DNA of 41,778 bases from positions 1 to 41,778 of IMG/VR virus record IMGVR_UViG_3300031456_000010. One strand, written 5' to 3'. The notes under the pieces are model-generated. The model did not search any database and was not told the origin of the DNA. It saw only the letters and a program-made list of their open reading frames with translations. Position numbers and translations under genes: made by a program. Below are positions 1 to 7,192 of this stretch, in pieces. How positions within the stretch are numbered: the stretch's first letter is position 1; every line of letters begins with the position of its first letter. The stretch is from a virus.

Positions 1-127
1 AGCTTTCGGGGGATCCCACACTGGCCCCTATGGGGCAGGCTCAGTCTGAGCAAGCCGGACAGCAGGCGAACCAGCTTCGGCAAGGTGCGCAGAATCAGCA
101 GCAAGCGCTGTTCCAAAAGACGCAGGA
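1..127. repeat. Terminal overlap copy 1, identical to 41652..41778. The window is a complete circular or circularly permuted genome with unique length 41651 bp.
   Basis: Read directly: the first 127 nt equal the last 127 nt. An ORF starting at 41537 continues in frame across the junction to the stop at 714-716. Confidence 0.95.
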
Positions 128-716
128 AGCGCGGATTGCCGCGGCTCAGCAACAGCAGCTCGGGCAGGGCGAGGAGCAGCTGGCGCTGACTCGCCGCGGG
201 CAGGATTTGGATTATCTGGCTGCGCAGGAGCGCGCGGCGGCCGCTGCGAATAAGCCGGCTGCGCAGCCTACGGAGGGGGAGCGTAAAGCTGCAACCCTTG
301 CGGTACGTCTCGAAGGAGCGATGCGGGAGCTTCAGACTTTAGGGACAAAAGCCTCTAAGCCGGGGGTGCTCGAGCGCAGTCTTGAGGCAGTTGGAATGGA
401 GTCTGGAGCGAATGTGGTGCGCAGCAGTGACCGGCAGCGGGCCAATACGGCGCAACTCGATGCGCTGGATGCCGCGCTGACTTTGGCGACGGGCGCGAGC
501 TACACCAAAGAGCAGCTGGCGAATTTGCGTAGCTCCTACTTTCCCCAGATCGGAGACGACCCCGCTACGGTGAAGGCTAAAGCGGAGCGATTTGAAACGG
601 TTGTGAAGACGGCGAAAATCGCAGCCGGGCGCGCGGGCGGTGCGGTAGATGAAGCGCTTGGGGAAAAGCCTACTAAGCGACGTAAGTTCAACCCCGCAAC
701 GGGGAAGATCGAATGA
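1..716 (+). CDS. 3' portion of wrap-around ORF (41537..41651 joined to 1..716, 276 aa). Gln/Ala-rich putative internal virion / ejection protein.
   Basis: Track ORF 30..716 stays open back to base 1 (codons at 3,6,9...) and is in frame with ATG 41537. ATGA overlap with the next gene at 713-716. Function inferred from position only. Confidence 0.8.
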   Translation, partial: LSGDPTLAPMGQAQSEQAGQQANQLRQGAQNQQQALFQKTQEARIAAAQQQQLGQGEEQLALTRRGQDLDYLAAQERAAAAANKPAAQPTEGERKAATLAVRLEGAMRELQTLGTKASKPGVLERSLEAVGMESGANVVRSSDRQRANTAQLDALDAALTLATGASYTKEQLANLRSSYFPQIGDDPATVKAKAERFETVVKTAKIAAGRAGGAVDEALGEKPTKRRKFNPATGKIE

Positions 717-2161
717 CGCAGATCATTGAAGTGCCCGGCATGGGAGAAGTTGAGTTTCCTGACGATATGTCGGATGAGGCGATTGCAGCGGCGATTCAAG
801 GTCACGCGCAGCCGGCGCAAGCAGAGCCCGAAAAAGCGCTCGGGCCTTGGGCCAGTGCTGCCGTGCGCCCCATCGCGAAAGGGGTCGCCGCATTGCCACT
901 CCTGGCTATGGATGCTGGGGTCGCCGCGCGTAATTTGATGACGGGTGAGGATTACGAGCACCCTTCGAAGATGTTCGATCGAGCGCTAGACAGCTATACG
1001 ACGACTCCTGAAGGGGCCGGCAAGGGCGCGGAGTTTGTGAGCAGTGTGCTGGCGGGTGCTCGCGGCATTCCGAACCCCACGATCGCTGCACAGGCTCCGG
1101 CAGGCTTTAAATCGGCGTTGCCGAAGGCAGCCAATGCCGTGCAGGAATTTCAGCAGCGGGGAATCCCGTTGACGGTAGGGATGGTCCGAGGCAAGGGCGC
1201 TAAAGCAGCGGAAGACTTCGCAGCGAACGTTCCCTTTGTCGGTGGGAAGATCAACGCGCGACAGACCGAGGCGCTGCAGGCTTGGAATGAAAGTCTGCTT
1301 AAGACGATCGATCCGAGTGTAACGAAAGGCGGCAAAGCGGGCTTCAAGCAAGCTGGGAGCGCGCTGTCGAGCGCCTATAAGTCAATTTGGAAAGAGGAGA
1401 TGCCCTTCAATCGGGCGGGCCTTAAAGCGGACTGGTCGAAGCTTGCAGGACAGGTGAGTACGAAACTACCGAAAGAGCAGGCCGATGAAGTGACGAAGCT
1501 GATGCAGCATCAGTTTAAGCAGATCCTCTCGGGGGCGCGCAAAGGCGGCACGAACGGCGAGACACTCTCTTCGGTCGATGATGCGTTGCGGGAGGCGGCG
1601 AAGAAAGCCGCCAAAGCCGGTGACGGCGCGGTAGCTGGAATGCTCAACAATGCGCGCACTACATTTCGAGCGCAGATGGACCCCGCAGTCAACGCGGCAC
1701 TTAAAGAGACGGATACGCGCTACATGCAGCTTTCAGTTCTCCGCAATGCAGCAAAGCGCTCGGGTTGGGAGACGTTTACCCCCTCACAACTTTTGATGGC
1801 TTCGAAGCACAAGGCATCGGATGCGGCGGTCGCCGAGATGCGTGCGCCGTTTCAAGAAGAGGCACTTAAAGCGGCGGATGTGCTCGGCGTGGCCCGCTCG
1901 GGCGCGCAGGCTGCTTTAGAGCGGAGCATTAACAAGATCGGGGGCAAGGTCGCCGGCGGCGCCGCCCTGGCTGGGGGCGCTGCGCTGGACTTGGGAGCGA
2001 CCGCAACGGCTGCGGGCCTTGGGCGCCTCGCCTATACAAAGGCGGGGCAGAAACTTTTAACGCAAGGGTTGCCGAAGACGCTTCGTGCGGGAGCAAAGCT
2101 ACCTTCTGAACGCGCCCTCGCGGCCACTTTGGCACAGATGGAAGAACAGAATGCCCCGTGA
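713..2161 (+). CDS. Internal virion protein (482 aa)
   Basis: Long ORF, ATGA-coupled upstream. The N-terminal IEVPGMGEVEFPDDMSDEAIAAAI motif and Ala/Gly-rich C-terminus are reminiscent of podovirus internal/ejection proteins (recollection, not searched). Confidence 0.75.
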   Translation: MTQIIEVPGMGEVEFPDDMSDEAIAAAIQGHAQPAQAEPEKALGPWASAAVRPIAKGVAALPLLAMDAGVAARNLMTGEDYEHPSKMFDRALDSYTTTPEGAGKGAEFVSSVLAGARGIPNPTIAAQAPAGFKSALPKAANAVQEFQQRGIPLTVGMVRGKGAKAAEDFAANVPFVGGKINARQTEALQAWNESLLKTIDPSVTKGGKAGFKQAGSALSSAYKSIWKEEMPFNRAGLKADWSKLAGQVSTKLPKEQADEVTKLMQHQFKQILSGARKGGTNGETLSSVDDALREAAKKAAKAGDGAVAGMLNNARTTFRAQMDPAVNAALKETDTRYMQLSVLRNAAKRSGWETFTPSQLLMASKHKASDAAVAEMRAPFQEEALKAADVLGVARSGAQAALERSINKIGGKVAGGAALAGGAALDLGATATAAGLGRLAYTKAGQKLLTQGLPKTLRAGAKLPSERALAATLAQMEEQNAP

Positions 2162-3452
2162 TTCGAATGGCACCTACAGCCTGCCGGCCGGCAACCCCGT
2201 TGTTACGCTCACGACGATCTCGTCGACTTGGGCGAACACGACGCTAGATGATATCGGTACAGCGCTTACCGACAGCCTCGATCGGGCTGGATCGGGCGGT
2301 ATGACCGGGCCTTTGAAGCTGACGAACGGCGCGATTGGCGCTCCGGCGCTGAGCTGGACAACGGAGCCGACAAGCGGGCTGTATCGCAATGCGGCGGGCG
2401 ACTTCCGCTACTCGATCTCATCTAACGATGTGCTGCAGATGACGACAGCACTACATAAAGTGACGGCCGATACGTTTCAAGTCAGCGGCGCAGCGACGCG
2501 CCGGCTGTACCAGGAAACGGATGCGCCGGCGGATGAGAAGATCTATGACTGGGTGCAGGTCGCAGGCGACACCTCGTTTCGCACGCGTACCGATGCAGAT
2601 GGTGCTGGGGTCAGCATTGTCGACATCGTACGGGCGGGGACGGGCATTACTTCGAAGACGTGGCCGACAGGGATTAATGTCTTCGGGGATGTGATTCGTT
2701 CCGATACCGATGTGACGGACGATCTGGGCACAGTAAGCGTGCGGTTTCGCCGCACCTACACGGCCGATGTGCGCGTCGACGACAACAGCATCTACATCGA
2801 TCAGGACGGCGCGGGGACGTTGCGGCTCGGCGGCACCGGTGGTGATTGGTCGCGAGTGCAGAGTGAGTATCCCGGTCGCTTCACGTTTCCCTCGGCGGGA
2901 GGGGTTTCAAGCCTTCAGTTGATGAGTACGCTTCCCGTACTTGAGGCGAGTGATACGGATGCGGCGGCGGATGCGAAAATCTGGGATGAGGTTTTTAACG
3001 GTGGCGTCCGCTCAAGTCGCTTAGTTAACGATGCGCGCAACGCAACGCTCACTTACCGAGCTGTGACTCGTACCGGCGTTGCGAGTGCGGTTGTCAACTA
3101 TGGCACGGGAGTGGTGCTTCAGGCGCTGGCTCGAGAAGTGGGCTACCGCAATGGCAACCGCAATGCGCAGAATGCGGGCTACACCTTTGTGGCGGACGAC
3201 GCGGGGCGCGTGGTTGCGGCGAATTCAGCAGGCAATTTTACGGTCAATACCGGTGTATTTCAGGCTGGTGACATGGTGACGTTCGAGAACACCATCGGTG
3301 CCTGTACGATCGTTCAGGGGGCGGGGGTGACGCTGCGTCTGGTCGGATCTGCTGCAACAACCGGAAGTCGAACCTCCACAGCGTTCAGCGTGGGATACAT
3401 CTACGCGCAGACTTCTGCGGTATTTCTCGTCGGTGGCGGCGGTATCTCATGA
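2151..3452 (+). CDS. Tail fiber / receptor-binding protein (433 aa)
   Basis: Start moved to ATG 2151 (MPRDSNGTYSLPAGNPV). N-terminal TISSTWANTTLDDIGTALTDSL..GPLKL..GAPALSW..SGLYR matches the conserved phage tail-fiber N-terminal signature. Beta-rich Gly/Thr/Val C-terminus. Confidence 0.8.
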   Translation: MPRDSNGTYSLPAGNPVVTLTTISSTWANTTLDDIGTALTDSLDRAGSGGMTGPLKLTNGAIGAPALSWTTEPTSGLYRNAAGDFRYSISSNDVLQMTTALHKVTADTFQVSGAATRRLYQETDAPADEKIYDWVQVAGDTSFRTRTDADGAGVSIVDIVRAGTGITSKTWPTGINVFGDVIRSDTDVTDDLGTVSVRFRRTYTADVRVDDNSIYIDQDGAGTLRLGGTGGDWSRVQSEYPGRFTFPSAGGVSSLQLMSTLPVLEASDTDAAADAKIWDEVFNGGVRSSRLVNDARNATLTYRAVTRTGVASAVVNYGTGVVLQALAREVGYRNGNRNAQNAGYTFVADDAGRVVAANSAGNFTVNTGVFQAGDMVTFENTIGACTIVQGAGVTLRLVGSAATTGSRTSTAFSVGYIYAQTSAVFLVGGGGIS

Positions 3453-3868
3453 CATTCGGCATGACCATGATCGGAGTGAGTAATGGCGGCACGACGATCA
3501 TGCTGGCGGCTTCCTACTCTCCCAGCGCACTAGTCGCCGCGGGCACGGCGACCGCAACCTTTGAACTCACAAATGGCGGCGACATTCGCGTTTCGAGCGG
3601 CAATGGGACCATTAGCGATGTCGGGGATTGGATCACGCCGAAGTTTGGCTTTTCCGGCTTTGAGGCACGGCTGACGGTTAACTCAGGCACGACCCCTTCG
3701 GGGGCGGCCACGGGAAGCTTTCTTAGTCTGGGTACGACTCGTACCTGGACCATCGCGCGAGCGGTTCTCGGCATTGAGTCTTCAGGCTGCACGCTGCAAA
3801 TTCGCGATGCCACGACACTGACAGTACTGGCCTCTTCGACGATTACGTTTTCAGCGGAGCGCACTTGA
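3449..3868 (+). CDS. Small beta-rich protein downstream of tail fiber (139 aa), function unknown
   Basis: ATGA overlap with the tail fiber stop and TTGA overlap with the next gene. Thr/Ser/Gly-rich composition. Confidence 0.7.
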   Translation: MTFGMTMIGVSNGGTTIMLAASYSPSALVAAGTATATFELTNGGDIRVSSGNGTISDVGDWITPKFGFSGFEARLTVNSGTTPSGAATGSFLSLGTTRTWTIARAVLGIESSGCTLQIRDATTLTVLASSTITFSAERT

Positions 3869-4305
3869 GCGACGAGCTAGCGTTACAAAAAGTCATTGCG
3901 CAGCGCTTGTTTCAGTCTTCCGATGAGGCCGCTAAGTACGCACTCAATAGTGTGACCGACCCCACTTATGAGCTAGGGGGCGTCGTTTTTCAGGATCCGC
4001 AGGGCCTGTACACCACCTCCGAGCCGGTTGGAAATAAGCGCACCGGTAAGTTTGAAGCGACGGTGCGGATCCCGAAAGGATCGAAGGCCGTGGGTCTTTT
4101 TCACACGCATCCGGGCGACCCCTCGCTTTCGGAAACTTTCTCGTCAGATGACGTTCACGTTGCTGACACGCTTAAGATGCTCAGCTATATTCGTGCAATG
4201 GAAAGTGGACAGATTAAGAAGTACGAGCCTGGGGTGTCCCGCATCGATACGGCCGGGACGGGCCTTAAAAGAACTAAGATCTCTCGAGGCGATACCATTG
4301 AGTAA
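3865..4305 (+). CDS. DUF4329-like / JAB-MPN-like protein (146 aa)
   Basis: TTG start overlaps the upstream stop. SSDEAAKYAL..YELGGVVF..YTTSEPVG and LFHTHPGDPSLSETFSSDD resemble DUF4329 and the HxH...S..D metal site of JAB/MPN folds. Confidence 0.6.
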   Translation: MSDELALQKVIAQRLFQSSDEAAKYALNSVTDPTYELGGVVFQDPQGLYTTSEPVGNKRTGKFEATVRIPKGSKAVGLFHTHPGDPSLSETFSSDDVHVADTLKMLSYIRAMESGQIKKYEPGVSRIDTAGTGLKRTKISRGDTIE

Positions 4306-4363
4306 AATTGATCTTAGTCGGCCCCTTAAAATTAAGACCATTGGAGATATTCTGGTCTATCTA

Positions 4364-4390
4364 GAAACGCAGCCTTTGGGCAAAGTTTAC
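4364..4390 (+). promoter_or_regulatory. Candidate ECF-type promoter upstream of lysis genes (GAAAC-N16-GTTTAC)
   Basis: Lies in the 4306-4430 intergenic gap. Same AAC-N16-(C)GT spacing as 22212..22239 and 26872..26899, but a weaker -10. Confidence 0.3.
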
Positions 4391-4430
4391 GGACTTTTTC
4401 GGGACATTGTGTCCCAACTAGAGGTTTCCG

Positions 4431-4604
4431 ATGGACAGCCAGATATCCGATCTGCCACAGATCATTCAGGGAGTGGGAACATCAGCGTCGGGAGTGATCA
4501 TCTTCCTCCTGTGGAGGCTAACCAAGGAAATGGGGGAACTGAAAACGGAGCTTAAGACGTTCACGGATGTGATGAGCCGCTTTGTTCCCGGAGCCAAGCC
4601 GTGA
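4431..4604 (+). CDS. Putative holin (57 aa, one TM segment)
   Basis: Below the 60-aa track cutoff: MDSQISDLPQIIQGVGTSASGVIIFLLWRLTKEMGELKTELKTFTDVMSRFVPGAKP. Hydrophobic core followed by a charged tail. The stop overlaps the endolysin GTG (GTGA at 4601-4604). Confidence 0.6.
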   Translation: MDSQISDLPQIIQGVGTSASGVIIFLLWRLTKEMGELKTELKTFTDVMSRFVPGAKP

Positions 4605-5086
4605 GTGGGCTCAATCCGAGACAGCTTCTCTCTTTTGTCATTCGTCCTGCGCTGGGGCGGTTGGTCGGGTCTATTCCCTGCACAATGGCCGCGGAGCAGC
4701 TCGTCCTGGGCACGGGGATGGTCGAGTCTGGGTTGAACTATCTCGATCAACGAGTCGGCTCGCAGGAGCAGCCCGGACCTGCGTACGGCCTTTGGCAGAT
4801 GGAGAAAGTGAGCTTCGAAGATCATCTCGAACGACTCTCGCCGAAGTTGGAGCAGGGCGTGTTTGGCTATTTAAGTCGCCGGCCGTACGTTGAGGATCTG
4901 CATTGGAACTTGCTTCTCGGCGCGGCGATGTGCCGAATTCTCTACTGGCATGCGCCGGAAAGACTACCTGCCGCGGGGGATTATCACAGCATGGCGGCTT
5001 TTTGGAAGCTGCGATACAACACGCCGCTCGGTGCAGGCACCGTTGACAAAGCGATTCCTTACTTCAAAGAGGCGTGCTTGCTATGA
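4601..5086 (+). CDS. Endolysin, SLT-type lytic transglycosylase (161 aa)
   Basis: GTGMVESGLNYLDQ (catalytic Glu-Ser) and AYGLWQM resemble SLT-domain signatures. Sits between the holin candidate and the spanins. Confidence 0.75.
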   Translation: MSGLNPRQLLSFVIRPALGRLVGSIPCTMAAEQLVLGTGMVESGLNYLDQRVGSQEQPGPAYGLWQMEKVSFEDHLERLSPKLEQGVFGYLSRRPYVEDLHWNLLLGAAMCRILYWHAPERLPAAGDYHSMAAFWKLRYNTPLGAGTVDKAIPYFKEACLL

Positions 5087-5415
5087 AACTTAATCCGGGC
5101 TGGAAAGAAGTCTTTGGTGCTATCGGACTCTGCACAATCATCGCCTTGATCATTGCCATTGTCGTGATGCTGGTTGCTTGTACGGGCACCTCGGTGGGCC
5201 TGAAAATTAATCACGACTCCAGTGCGCAGGATGTGCACGATGCTTGCGAGAACAACACGGTGGGCCCGAACCTGCGCTTTCCAATCGGTCGCGGCGACAG
5301 TCCTTACCGCCCTGAGCTGACGTTTGGGCTGGGCTGGGACGTGCGCGGTCGACCGTGCCAGGGTCGGGATCCGGTCGGCAATGCCTCATTCCTCTTCCCG
5401 CTGTGGGTTAAATGA
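5083..5415 (+). CDS. Membrane-anchored or lipoprotein-like lysis-cassette protein (110 aa)
   Basis: ATG 5083 forms an ATGA overlap with the endolysin stop (track start GTG 5074 is also possible). Long hydrophobic segment ends in the lipobox-like LVAC. Confidence 0.6.
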   Translation: MKLNPGWKEVFGAIGLCTIIALIIAIVVMLVACTGTSVGLKINHDSSAQDVHDACENNTVGPNLRFPIGRGDSPYRPELTFGLGWDVRGRPCQGRDPVGNASFLFPLWVK

Positions 5416-5768
5416 GCCCGTACGTGATTGGCGTGGCCGGCCTCGTTTTAGTTGGGGCCGCGACGTTCGGGGGGCGGGCGCTGTATGAAGCGGGATACAC
5501 CGCAGCTCGACTTGAAACGCTCTCTACGGAGACACTTATCGAGCAAATTGCTTTGAAGAGTCAGGAGGCGGCCGCTCACGAGATCGCCAAAATACAGGTG
5601 AAGCATGTCACGATTCGGCAAAACCTTGAGAAAGAGCTTACTCGTGATGTCGTTTACCGCGAGTGCGTGGCTTCTCCCCGCGTGCTCGAGCTTACCAATT
5701 CGGCCCTTACCCGTGGGCCCGACGCCGCTGCAGATCGCCTCCTGCCCGAGCCTGACGCCCCTCGCTGA
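5412..5768 (+). CDS. i-spanin (Rz-like, 118 aa)
   Basis: N-terminal TM (VIGVAGLVLVGAATFGG) then a charged helical region. ATGA overlap upstream. Contains the o-spanin start in another frame. Confidence 0.7.
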   Translation: MSPYVIGVAGLVLVGAATFGGRALYEAGYTAARLETLSTETLIEQIALKSQEAAAHEIAKIQVKHVTIRQNLEKELTRDVVYRECVASPRVLELTNSALTRGPDAAADRLLPEPDAPR

Positions 5769-5853
5769 CTCCTCATTTGATGCTTATATCCGCAAGGTGG
5801 CGGAGGTTGCCTCTATTTACTGGACGTGTCGGGCATCGTTTGGAGTGCCTTGA
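5605..5853 (+). CDS. o-spanin (Rz1-like lipoprotein precursor, 82 aa)
   Basis: Starts inside the i-spanin gene out of frame and extends past its stop (overlapped architecture). Basic n-region, lipobox LLPAC, Pro-rich mature part. Confidence 0.65.
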   Translation: MSRFGKTLRKSLLVMSFTASAWLLPACSSLPIRPLPVGPTPLQIASCPSLTPLADSSFDAYIRKVAEVASIYWTCRASFGVP

Positions 5854-5998
5854 AGTCTTCTTCGTCGAAATCCCAGAAAATGATACGCACCGAACGAGTA
5901 CGGGGTTCGAACTCCAGACTTAGTTTTTGCATCAGCCGCTTGGAATTTTCAAGTATCAATGCGTCGCGGATAATCTCGAGTTGCGCGGATGTGATCAT
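5813..5998 (-). CDS. Hypothetical protein (61 aa), last gene of leftward block
   Basis: ATG 5998 forms an ATGA overlap with the upstream micro-ORF stop. Acidic/Leu-rich composition. Its 3' end overlaps the o-spanin 3' end by 41 nt (convergent). Confidence 0.5.
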   Translation of the reverse strand: MITSAQLEIIRDALILENSKRLMQKLSLEFEPRTRSVRIIFWDFDEEDFKALQTMPDTSSK

Positions 5999-6084
5999 GA
6001 TTTCATCAGCAAGTAGACGGCACGCCCGATGCAAATAAGTGACAGCGTGAGCAAGAGCAAGCTAACTGCGATAAACCAAGTCAC
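5995..6084 (-). CDS. Hydrophobic micro-ORF (29 aa)
   Basis: GTG 6084 overlaps the stop of 6081..6284 (GTGA). Sequence VTWFIAVSLLLLTLSLICIGRAVYLLMKS. Its stop overlaps the next ATG (ATGA). Confidence 0.4.
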   Translation of the reverse strand: MTWFIAVSLLLLTLSLICIGRAVYLLMKS

Positions 6085-6284
6085 GACTTCACCAGTCGCA
6101 GCGTCGGTACCGGACCGAATTCGGCTGTGACCTCTCCTTTCTTCGGCAGTTTCCTCACCTCGCGGGTCGGATGGCAGAGATACTGGGCCCCCAGCGCAGC
6201 GCGCGCCGCCATCTGCTTCTCGTAAAGTCGAATCATCGACTCATTCCAGACCTGCGTACTGACTTTCGATTTGAACCAGTTCAT
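6081..6284 (-). CDS. Hypothetical protein (67 aa)
   Basis: Track ORF. ATGA overlap with the upstream small ORF. Confidence 0.6.
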   Translation of the reverse strand: MNWFKSKVSTQVWNESMIRLYEKQMAARAALGAQYLCHPTREVRKLPKKGEVTAEFGPVPTLRLVKS

Positions 6285-6481
6285 TTGACTCGCTCCCTTT
6301 CCTCTGCCGCACCTTGAAGCAGGGCGGCTTTAACCAGATCATCTTTCATTGAATTGGTCGCGTCGTGAACGGTCTTCACATCCTGACGAAGTTGCCGAAG
6401 CTGCAACCCCACCGCGGCGATGATCGTCGTGGCTGAGACGGTGACCGCTGCGATGACAATGGCGATGTCGGATGCGTTAAT
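6281..6481 (-). CDS. Possible 66-aa membrane protein with a non-canonical ATT start (or 43 aa from GTG 6412)
   Basis: AGGAG at 6492..6488, 6-nt spacer, then ATT 6481..6479 immediately after an in-frame TGA. N-terminal TM IAIVIAAVTVSATTIIAAVGL. The stop overlaps the next ATG. Confidence 0.35.
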   Translation of the reverse strand: MNASDIAIVIAAVTVSATTIIAAVGLQLRQLRQDVKTVHDATNSMKDDLVKAALLQGAAEERERVK

Positions 6482-6492
6482 TCAAATCTCCT

Positions 6493-6524
6493 AAAGAGAC
6501 TGCCCTGGGTGCGAGCCAGGGCAG
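6493..6524 (-). terminator. Rho-independent terminator after gene 6530..7192
   Basis: Minus-strand stem CTGCCCTGG/CCAGGGCAG (9 bp, 7-nt loop) followed by TCTCTTT. Confidence 0.6.
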
Positions 6525-6529
6525 CTCTA

Positions 6530-7192
6530 TTACAGGAAGGTTGCGCCGCCGCCCTGGCCAGGAGTCACGCCACCCGCCCAGATCGGCCCGGCTACGCCAG
6601 AAGCTTGCGGATTGGGGAAGGATCCCGGCTGGATTGGAGTCACATTGGCCTTGAGCGGGCCTTCTGCAGCTTGTCCGGGCTGCAGCTGCACGACGCTTTC
6701 CGAGAGGAAGAACTTCAGCATCGCCATCGGGTTGCCTTCAAGGTTACCCACCATGCTGGTCGCCCGCCACCACGCTACGGTGCGTCCATGAGCTGTCTTC
6801 AGCGTTTCGTAATACTTAGCGCGCAGACCGCGGTAGGGATTCGTTCGGTTGATGTCGATAACGAGAATCGCGTTGTCATCAATGACGATATTCGGACTGC
6901 GCGGTTTGCGCCCCGTAGATGTCGCCGCTTCGGACGGCTGATTGGGAACCCCCTGAATAGGCTGAGTCTCGACAGTGTTGAACAGAGTCCGAGGCACTGC
7001 GCCGTCTTGCGGCTTCGGATCTTCGAAGAGACTAACTTCGGGCTCCGTTGTTGCCAGCGCTTTCTCGACCGTTAGAAAGATCTCTTTCCCCGCTTTGAGA
7101 ATGAGGCGATCCCCCTCGATCTCGAAGCCGAAAGCTTTATCTCGCGGGAAGCCGGTCACCGTGGCGGGGCCGGAAAATTTAAGTTCTGTCAT
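6530..7192 (-). CDS. Hypothetical protein (220 aa) with Gly/Pro-rich C-terminus
   Basis: Long ORF, ATGA-coupled to the SNF2 stop. No motif recognised. Confidence 0.75.
   Translation of the reverse strand: MTELKFSGPATVTGFPRDKAFGFEIEGDRLILKAGKEIFLTVEKALATTEPEVSLFEDPKPQDGAVPRTLFNTVETQPIQGVPNQPSEAATSTGRKPRSPNIVIDDNAILVIDINRTNPYRGLRAKYYETLKTAHGRTVAWWRATSMVGNLEGNPMAMLKFFLSESVVQLQPGQAAEGPLKANVTPIQPGSFPNPQASGVAGPIWAGGVTPGQGGGATFL

Noticed and set aside
1-127. 127-bp repeat as a genuine direct terminal repeat of the virion DNA
   Set aside because: The junction falls inside a structural gene, and the length equals a common assembler k-mer. This cannot be decided without reads, so it is reported only as evidence of circular closure.
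2151-3868. Diversity-generating retroelement targeting the tail-fiber C-terminus
   Set aside because: There is no reverse transcriptase gene anywhere in the genome, and I could see no template/variable repeat pair.
4028-4555. 175-aa plus-strand track ORF
   Set aside because: It is out of frame with, and overlaps, both the DUF4329-like gene and the holin candidate. Its composition is Arg/Ser-rich and it has no coupling signals.
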